From the sequence record MW735835.1: 64,000 nt of DNA; one strand, 5' to 3'. The notes beneath the pieces were generated by a model. That model worked only from the letters and a program-made list of their open reading frames with translations, did not search any database and was not told the DNA's origin. Shown here piece after piece: positions 55,876 through 62,746 of this stretch; within the stretch, counting starts at the first letter, position 1; every line of letters begins with the position of its first letter. The position numbers were made by a program, and so were the translations under genes.

Positions 55876-56994
55876 TTATTTGATCGAGCGATCCATCCAC
55901 TTGATCAGGCCGGTGACCACCTTGTGTTTCGGGTTCAGGTACTCCAGGCCGTCTTGCCAGCAATCACGAGCACCCTGCCAGTAGAAGCGGTCGTAGTAGT
56001 CCTCGTAAGTACTGTAGTCCGCTTCGTAGATCCAGTTGCTGAACCTGTCGCCGCCTTTGAAATCAAGCCACGGCAGCCATTCCATGCGCGGGAAGAACTT
56101 GGCGTTGGTCATGATCTCTTTGACCAGCAGAGCAACCTTGTGGATACCCTCCTTGTCTAGAGCAGGCAGGGTGTCTGACGGAGTTACCTCCATCTTCGCC
56201 TTTACCTGAATCCAACCATGCTTGTCGTCCACGTACGGAATCTGGTTGCCCAACGCCGTGCTGTTGAAGGTCGGGAACTTGTCGAGCGGATCGGGAAGGG
56301 CATTGAACTCTTCCACAGCCTTCCGAACGATCGCAATGGCTTCCTCGTCGTCCTCCGCGGCGCCAGCAGTAGCCGCTACAGTGCGCTTGTGGATAGCCTG
56401 AACCTGATCGTTCAACTTCTTGACCTGAGGTTCCCAGGTCTTGATGAACGCGCTGAGGTTCTTGTTGTGTTGTTCGATATTGGCCAGCGGATCAGTGACC
56501 GGCTTGCCATCGATCTGGAAGGTGCCAGAGAAGTCTTTCGCCGGGACGGTGCCTTCGACGAACTTCTGCTTGCCCAACCAGCTCTGGTTCAGGTAGGTCT
56601 TCTCCATCTCCTGAAGGAACTGACGGATCGCTTTGTCACGTTGCGACCAATCGGACTTTTCTTCGTCGGGGATGTACTTGGGATCGGGCTTAGGTTTGCT
56701 CCAGAAGCCGGACAGCTTGGTCAGTGCACCCAGGAGACCACTTTCTTGCGAGACCTGCACGTCATCCCCGGCCAAGCCAATCAGCATCTGCATCATGCCT
56801 TGGTGAACCAACGGGTTCTCGGGGTAGTCGTTGCCGATACGCATTGCGAGGGTGGTGGCGTCTTCAACGACCCGTGCCTTTTGTTCAGCCAGTTCGTCGA
56901 TCAGCTCGATATTCTCCAGCGAAGCCAACAGGGTCTTACCTGCCAGCCGGGCATCCGTAGGGAGAAGGTCTTGCATCAATGCGGATTTCATCAT
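55876..56994 (-). CDS. phiKZ-like internal head/virion protein
   Basis: N-terminal propeptide-like region with ASLE and VSQE (S-x-E) sites. Confidence 0.7.
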   Translation of the reverse strand: MMKSALMQDLLPTDARLAGKTLLASLENIELIDELAEQKARVVEDATTLAMRIGNDYPENPLVHQGMMQMLIGLAGDDVQVSQESGLLGALTKLSGFWSKPKPDPKYIPDEEKSDWSQRDKAIRQFLQEMEKTYLNQSWLGKQKFVEGTVPAKDFSGTFQIDGKPVTDPLANIEQHNKNLSAFIKTWEPQVKKLNDQVQAIHKRTVAATAGAAEDDEEAIAIVRKAVEEFNALPDPLDKFPTFNSTALGNQIPYVDDKHGWIQVKAKMEVTPSDTLPALDKEGIHKVALLVKEIMTNAKFFPRMEWLPWLDFKGGDRFSNWIYEADYSTYEDYYDRFYWQGARDCWQDGLEYLNPKHKVVTGLIKWMDRSIK

Positions 56995-57033
56995 CGGTCC
57001 TTAAATAGATGATGGGCCCGAAGGCCCATCGGA

Positions 57034-59154
57034 TTAGAAGTTCATTGCACGGGGCGGCAGGAAGTCATCCCAACCGTCCTGGCCAAGGCTTTCCAGGCTT
57101 GGATCGTTGGCAGCAACGGTGTCCACTGGCAACAGTGCCTTGAGCTGTCCCAAGAACTGCTCGTTGTCGCCATCGGTCAGGTACGGGGCTTCTACCAGAG
57201 ACTCCAAGGAAGCTTCCAGATCGTCCGGTGCTTGCACGCCAAGGATTGCTTCCACTTGCTGCTTCGACCACTGCATGATGTCCTTCGAACGGGTGGAGAT
57301 GTTGGCTTCCATCCCGGTATCGAGGAACGTCTCCCAGACCTTGCAACGGTGCTTCTGACCCACACGGTCAACCCGTGCAATGGCTTGAGTCCGCTCGTAG
57401 TCACGGAAGGGCGCGTTGGTGAAGATCTCGGTATTGGCCATGGTCAGCGGGACCGCAGTGGACAGCGACTTGAAGGTCGCTACCAACGGGTTAGCATCTT
57501 GGTCTGCCTCGAACTTCTTGGTGATTTCCGGGAGGTCCTTGTTGGTCTCCCCGTACACCAAGAGCGGCTTGTAGCCGGCGTCCTTGAGCAGTACTTCCAG
57601 TTCCTTGACCACTTCCACGTAGCTGGTGAAGATCACCGTCTTACTGGCAGCGTTGTCGATGATGGTGTCCAGGGGCATGTTCGGCAGCATGTCCAGATGA
57701 CACTGGATACGCAGACGACCGAGGACCTGGGACAGCGCTTCACCCATCACCTTGAGGTCAACGTACTTGATGATCGCCCGCACGTTCAGGAACGGCTTGC
57801 GATACGCCTCAGGCAGACTGCCCACGATCTGCTTCAGTTCGTACCGGTTGCAGAACATCACCATGTCCTTCATGGTCACGGGGTCGTAACCACGGCGGAT
57901 CTGCTTGACGTACGCTTGGTACTGACCAAAGGCTGCACGGTCGGCGTTGTTCTTCAGCGTGGCTTCATGGAGGTCCATGCACTTGAAGTACAGGCCTTCG
58001 TATTCCTTCATCCCGTCCCGGTAGTACTTCAGGCGCTCTTCGATGAACTTACTCATCTTGTCACGCACGGAGGTCAGGGTGTACTCACTGCCGTTCTTGA
58101 TGGCGATCTTGACTTCCTCGGTGTCAACACCGGGAGTCTCGACCTCTTCTTTCACGACCTTGAAGGACACGATACCGATACGGTTGGCGAGGATGCTGAG
58201 TGCTTTCTTGGCTTCCTTACCGAAAATCTTGCGGAAGGCGTTTTCCACTTCCTTGGTGAAGTCGTTACAGATCGTGGCCAGCAACGTGATGGCTTCGGAA
58301 CCCATTGCCTTGAACGGGGTACCGGAAGCATGGACGACGTCACGGGCTTTCAGCGTGGTGCAGATGTCGATCAGGAAGCTGGTGCGATCCGACTGCTCGT
58401 TGAAGTTGTGGGATTCGTCGATGGCCACGAACACCTGGCCGAAGTTGCCTTTGTTGACACGAACGAACTCCAGGAACTTCTCCAGGTAGTCGTAGTGGAC
58501 GATATAGTACTCTTTACCGGGAGTCGGAGCCTCGCCACTCAGACTGTGCCAGTAATCAGGAACGCCCTTCTTGAAGAGCATCTTGATGGTCTTGACCCAC
58601 ACGTCGTAGACCGAGTTCTTCGGCACGACCATGACTTTGGTGTCAGCACCCAGGCAATGACCAAGAGCGTAGTTGGTGATGGTTTTGCCGCCACCGGCTG
58701 CCACGTCCATCAGCATGCCTTTCAGGGCGTACTCGAACGTGCGGCGATCGTACTCCTGTAAAAATTTATGCTGATAGTGAAATAATGTGACATTCAGGTC
58801 ACCCAGTTTGGAGTAATCCACACGCGGCTTGAACCCTGTCACCCCGATATTGTGCAACCACGTCGACTTGACCAGTTCCTCGTGGACCTTGGCCAGCAAC
58901 CGACGACCAACGAAAGTCCGTCGGGCTTCCATCAGTTCTTCAATGATGTGCAACACTTCGATGGCAAAGAACTTCGGAAACTTGACCGAGGAACGAGACA
59001 CCGAAGTGAAGATATTGCTGCTGATCTTGCTGGTTTTCCAGGCATTGTAAATGTCCTTGGAAAAGCGCAGACCGGGTATTCCGTTCACTATAATGTGAGA
59101 ATCCGTCTCTTTGACAGAGACAATCCCCAACATGCGCGAAAAGCTGGCGTACAT
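57034..59154 (-). CDS. SNF2/DEAD-like superfamily 2 helicase
   Basis: AAGGGKT, DESH, ASGTP, IFTSY, LSTAVPL, QAIARVDRVGQ; C-terminal SLESL/PSLE sites. Confidence 0.9.
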   Translation of the reverse strand: MYASFSRMLGIVSVKETDSHIIVNGIPGLRFSKDIYNAWKTSKISSNIFTSVSRSSVKFPKFFAIEVLHIIEELMEARRTFVGRRLLAKVHEELVKSTWLHNIGVTGFKPRVDYSKLGDLNVTLFHYQHKFLQEYDRRTFEYALKGMLMDVAAGGGKTITNYALGHCLGADTKVMVVPKNSVYDVWVKTIKMLFKKGVPDYWHSLSGEAPTPGKEYYIVHYDYLEKFLEFVRVNKGNFGQVFVAIDESHNFNEQSDRTSFLIDICTTLKARDVVHASGTPFKAMGSEAITLLATICNDFTKEVENAFRKIFGKEAKKALSILANRIGIVSFKVVKEEVETPGVDTEEVKIAIKNGSEYTLTSVRDKMSKFIEERLKYYRDGMKEYEGLYFKCMDLHEATLKNNADRAAFGQYQAYVKQIRRGYDPVTMKDMVMFCNRYELKQIVGSLPEAYRKPFLNVRAIIKYVDLKVMGEALSQVLGRLRIQCHLDMLPNMPLDTIIDNAASKTVIFTSYVEVVKELEVLLKDAGYKPLLVYGETNKDLPEITKKFEADQDANPLVATFKSLSTAVPLTMANTEIFTNAPFRDYERTQAIARVDRVGQKHRCKVWETFLDTGMEANISTRSKDIMQWSKQQVEAILGVQAPDDLEASLESLVEAPYLTDGDNEQFLGQLKALLPVDTVAANDPSLESLGQDGWDDFLPPRAMNF

Positions 59155-59198
59155 TCCTATATTCCTTGCGAGGAGTATAAAACAAAGAGGGTCATAAC

Positions 59199-60779
59199 AT
59201 GACGCAGAAAACCACCGCTCAACCCAGCGCTGCCGAGATGCTGCGGGAAGCACAAAACTACCGCACCAGCCTCGAAGCCCTGATGTCGGTTGGCCGCGGC
59301 TTGCTGCTCAGCCCGTCCATGGAAAACGACGCTGCTGCGAGTTTCAAAGTCCTCACCGAAAACGTGCTGGAAGAAGCCAATCACCAGGCCGATCTCCAAG
59401 TCGTCGACGGCGTGGAAGAGCCCGCAGCTCAAGTCGAACTGATCATGCAGGACGTCCTCACTCCTCGCCTCACCGAAGTCGAGCAGATCGAACAAGCTCT
59501 GGCCATCAAGGCCGAGAACGACGAACCTGTTCCGTTCACCACTCGTGACGCTGAAACCAGCGCCTCGATGGAATCGCTGGCTCAGTCCGAAATCCTCGGC
59601 CTGTTCCACGAGAACATCAAAACCGTCGGCACCATGCTGTCGATGGAAAGTGCTACGGCCGATATGGTCCGTCCCCAAGTGCTGGCCATCGCCAAGCGTG
59701 CGGGTGAAGGCCTGGCGGCTCTGGGCATCTCGATGGAAGATCTGGAACAAACCCAGGTCATCGGCGAGATGCAAGATGCAGTGGCCCGTATCGAGACCCT
59801 CGTCGAGAAGGCGCGTGAATCCGCCGACGAGATCGCCGAGAACGCTCGTGCCGCTGCTGCTGAAGTGGGTTCCGAAGGCGGTGATCCGCTGGGCGACCTG
59901 ATCGAACAGCACCGTGCTGACCGTCCGACCGGGGCCAACCTCGATGACGGTACCACCACTTCCACCGTAGACACCGCCATCCCGGGTAAAGATGCCTCGG
60001 GTGACGCCGGTCTCGATGAAGGCGGTGCTGTGGGCGATGCAGGCGATGGTTCTGGCGACCTGCAAGAGCCGGACGCTGGCGGCGCTGATCTCGGCGCCGG
60101 TGGCGACGACCTGACGGGTGGTGATGCAGGTGACGACCTCGGCGCTGGTGCCGATGGTGATGGCACCGATCTCGACCTGGAAGGTGGTGACGGTTCCGAC
60201 CTGAACGACGCGGGTGCTGGTGATGGCACTGATGGCCTCGGTGACGGTTCGGGCGATGACCTGGGTGATGGCACTGACGGCGGTGACGCCGGCACTGGCG
60301 ATGACCTGGACCTGGGTGACGGTACCGATGGTGGCACTGGCGATGACCTGGAAGGCGGTGACGTCAATTCCGGTGATGCCGATGGTTCCCCGGTGAACGA
60401 TCCCGACAACGTCGCCGACGAAAACGACAACAACGAGGAAGAAGAGGAAGAGGATGAGGACGACCTCACCAACTCCAACGAATCCGATGTTGCTCCGGTC
60501 GTCTTCGAAGACTTCAACCGCCGTGCGCCGGAAGAAGTCCTGACTGCCAAGCCGATCCTCGGTGAGCTGATGAACTGGCTCTCTGGTTACGACCTGCTGA
60601 CCGAGAAGGGTCAAGCCCAACTCGCCGCTGGCGTTGAAGACGGCTTCGTCCTCGACAGCTCGATGGTGACCACTGGTGCAGCCGAAGTCCTGGCCCGTCA
60701 TTACGACACCTGGATCAACGGCTCCATCCGTGACGGTTCTGCCAACATCATGGCCCTGGCCGTGCTGATGGGCGTATAA
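59199..60779 (+). CDS. phiKZ-like head protein with Gly/Asp-rich low-complexity region
   Basis: Multiple S-L/M-E sites (TSLE, PSME, ASME, LSME, ISME); GDD/DG repeats over about aa 265-420. Confidence 0.8.
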   Translation: MTQKTTAQPSAAEMLREAQNYRTSLEALMSVGRGLLLSPSMENDAAASFKVLTENVLEEANHQADLQVVDGVEEPAAQVELIMQDVLTPRLTEVEQIEQALAIKAENDEPVPFTTRDAETSASMESLAQSEILGLFHENIKTVGTMLSMESATADMVRPQVLAIAKRAGEGLAALGISMEDLEQTQVIGEMQDAVARIETLVEKARESADEIAENARAAAAEVGSEGGDPLGDLIEQHRADRPTGANLDDGTTTSTVDTAIPGKDASGDAGLDEGGAVGDAGDGSGDLQEPDAGGADLGAGGDDLTGGDAGDDLGAGADGDGTDLDLEGGDGSDLNDAGAGDGTDGLGDGSGDDLGDGTDGGDAGTGDDLDLGDGTDGGTGDDLEGGDVNSGDADGSPVNDPDNVADENDNNEEEEEEDEDDLTNSNESDVAPVVFEDFNRRAPEEVLTAKPILGELMNWLSGYDLLTEKGQAQLAAGVEDGFVLDSSMVTTGAAEVLARHYDTWINGSIRDGSANIMALAVLMGV

Positions 60780-60805
60780 GGTACTGGAAAACCCCGGTAT
60801 AGTAT

Positions 60806-61240
60806 GTAGGACCTGTTCTTTCACAATGGACCGGCACACTGCATCCTGATGCGCTTGACTGCGTAGAACTGGATGGTCTTGAACCATCACCCTAGCGGTA
60901 CCCGCCCACTCCCCCATGGGGCGGGCCGCAAAGCGAGGAGGGCTTCGGCCCTCCCGCACTATTTCGTTGCCTCTGGTGAACTCATCGTGATAACCAGAGA
61001 GGTGTTACCGTTCTGTTACCAGTGACCTCGCTACCTCGCTGCTCTAACAGTAAACGATGGCGACGTTGAGCCTGTGCTCCGCGCCGCTGCCAAAAGGTTG
61101 TTTTCCTGATCCGGCTAACAGGAAAGCGATCTGGTGCTCGGGGTGCCACTCCTCACCCTAAGAGTATCGCTAGAGTGCAGCCTCCAGTGTTCAGTCTTCG
61201 GATCGAACACTGGGGGAAGCACTCTGGTTATGCTTTTTTT
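60806..61240 (+). ncRNA. Candidate circularly permuted tmRNA-like RNA
   Basis: No ORF of 60 aa or more on the + strand; TATG start motif; CCCGC-CCACTCC-C-CCA followed by GGGGCGG; CTCG-N5-TCGCTGCT pk1-like segment; tag-like frame 61050-61109; cUUCGg terminal hairpin plus U7. Confidence 0.55.
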
Positions 61241-61292
61241 GCCGTCTTCCAGAAATAATGGCGGGTAAGATATAGCACACTGGGAGGCGAGT

Positions 61293-61661
61293 ATGGAACT
61301 CTACACTGTAGCGCTCTCCCAATGGCGTAAAGCCAAGGAGAGACAAATTGAACTCTTCGACATCACGGTCAAGTCTGGCAAGGAGAAACTCTTTGCTCCA
61401 GATGACCAAGTCCTCTGGGCTTATAAGCGTGGCGAAGTCACTGACGAGCAGTACACTAAGCTTTACTTCCAACGGCTGAAGAAGAACATTGCAGCGCATC
61501 CTGACGTGTTTGAGTCCTTCCTGCAATTGGAAGGTCCGTTAGCTGTCGCCTGTTATTGTCGTGCGGGTAAGTTCTGCCACAGGCACTTGTTTGTGGAATT
61601 CATGGTCGAAGTAGCCGATGACAACGGCTATGAACTGAAGGTACGCGGCGAAATACTATGA
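61293..61661 (+). CDS. DUF488-like protein
   Basis: DIT.KSG...FAP...L...K.G....Y...Y...L; LAVACYCRAGKFCHRHL. Confidence 0.75.
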   Translation: MELYTVALSQWRKAKERQIELFDITVKSGKEKLFAPDDQVLWAYKRGEVTDEQYTKLYFQRLKKNIAAHPDVFESFLQLEGPLAVACYCRAGKFCHRHLFVEFMVEVADDNGYELKVRGEIL

Positions 61662-61695
61662 GTCTCGGATAAACAATCCTTCTAAAGAGGTTCTA

Positions 61696-62121
61696 ATGAA
61701 TTTCCTGCTAAGGGCGGCAGCCCTCCTGCCGAAGATCCCTCAGTACAACATCGCTCACGAACTCACCATGACTGTCGCGGGTCCAAACAACATGGACAAC
61801 CGTGGCTATGCAGGCGGGCGCAGTGCGAACATCGGCACCGGTTCCGCCATTGGTGCATTGAGCAACTACTCGTTCTTTGGCAACCAGCTCTATGCCATTG
61901 TCAACCGCTGGGAAGGCAATGAGATCCGAGTAGAGATCGATCAGCAGACCGCAGGGGCAACGATCCCTGACATCAAGGCCATCATTGTGGGTACGGCGCG
62001 TTACGACCTGTATGCTCGCGGTGGCAACCAGTACAGCAACACGTACGGTCTCTACTTCAGAGGTGAGGCCGGCAAGTTCCCGCCAAACGGACCTAACGTC
62101 CCTGTTAAGTTCGTGCTTTAA
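61696..62121 (+). CDS. Putative virion receptor-binding/tip-domain protein
   Basis: TATG upstream; GY.G...IG.LS...FG.QLYAI beta-rich fibre-tip-like pattern. Confidence 0.6.
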   Translation: MNFLLRAAALLPKIPQYNIAHELTMTVAGPNNMDNRGYAGGRSANIGTGSAIGALSNYSFFGNQLYAIVNRWEGNEIRVEIDQQTAGATIPDIKAIIVGTARYDLYARGGNQYSNTYGLYFRGEAGKFPPNGPNVPVKFVL

Positions 62122-62135
62122 CATAGGTGACGGTC

Positions 62136-62699
62136 ATGGCATGTAAGACGGACAACTTCAAGTTCGATCCCGATAAGACGGCGTTGGAAAACCTCTTCGC
62201 TCTTATCTATCGAACCAACCGTGTGAAACTCAATCCAAACTTCGTGGACGTCGAGACTCCACGGGCCTTGGAAGACGGAGAGGACGATGATGGCGATAAC
62301 ACCGTCATTAAGGTTGTGGCAAAGGCGGGAGGACCCTTCAAAGGTCAAGAAGACCTCTACTACGCCCGAGCTGACATCAACACCCACTACCCCACCTTCA
62401 CCATCGACCTCAAGGATGTCATGGGCATCCACGACAAGTCCGCGCTGATTGCGTATCTGGACGGTCGGTTTAATCTGGTGGATGGTGAGTTCGACATCGA
62501 CATCAATGATCCGTTCCAGTCGTTGATGCAGTTCGGTGACGTGGACATCTTTGCCAAGGAAACCTCGCTCATCTACATCGGCCAGAAGAAGATCCATTTG
62601 TTCTGGTCTGAAGGCATTCGTCGAGTCACTGACGAAGGGCGCCTGCGCATTACTGATGAAGGTCAGATCCGCTTCGTGGAACTCGGTACTCTTGACTGA
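62136..62699 (+). CDS. phiKZ-like virion structural protein
   Basis: LFALI..TN..L...V....P...NT.I.V.A.AG..FKG..DLYY.R: recalled phiKZ structural family. Confidence 0.75.
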   Translation: MACKTDNFKFDPDKTALENLFALIYRTNRVKLNPNFVDVETPRALEDGEDDDGDNTVIKVVAKAGGPFKGQEDLYYARADINTHYPTFTIDLKDVMGIHDKSALIAYLDGRFNLVDGEFDIDINDPFQSLMQFGDVDIFAKETSLIYIGQKKIHLFWSEGIRRVTDEGRLRITDEGQIRFVELGTLD

Positions 62700-62703
62700 C
62701 AGC

Positions 62704-62738
62704 ATAGAGGGAGGGCCTAGGCCCTCCCTCTATGTCGG
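62704..62738. terminator. Bidirectional CATA-hairpin-TATG element between convergent genes
   Basis: CATAGAGGAGGGC-CTAG-GCCCTCCCTCTATG. Confidence 0.7.
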
Positions 62739-62746
62739 ATCGCCGA

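Noticed and set aside
59940-60480. GAC/GGT-rich nucleotide repeats as a non-coding tandem array
   Set aside because: Fully explained by the Gly/Asp low-complexity region of the encoded head protein
60841-60875. CTGATG...GAA resembling a hammerhead ribozyme core
   Set aside because: Core reads CUGAUGC and AGAAC instead of CUGANGA and GAAA; stems I and III cannot be built
60872-60889. Minus-strand GATGG-TTCAAGA-CCATC resembles a tRNA T-arm
   Set aside because: No matching acceptor stem, D-arm or anticodon arm at tRNA spacing; the cUUCGg loops indicate a plus-strand RNA
61020-61045. CCTCGCT repeats resembling the HDV/theta ribozyme L3
   Set aside because: L3 lacks the initial U, and P3, P1 and P1.1 partners are absent; better explained as a tmRNA pk1-like segment
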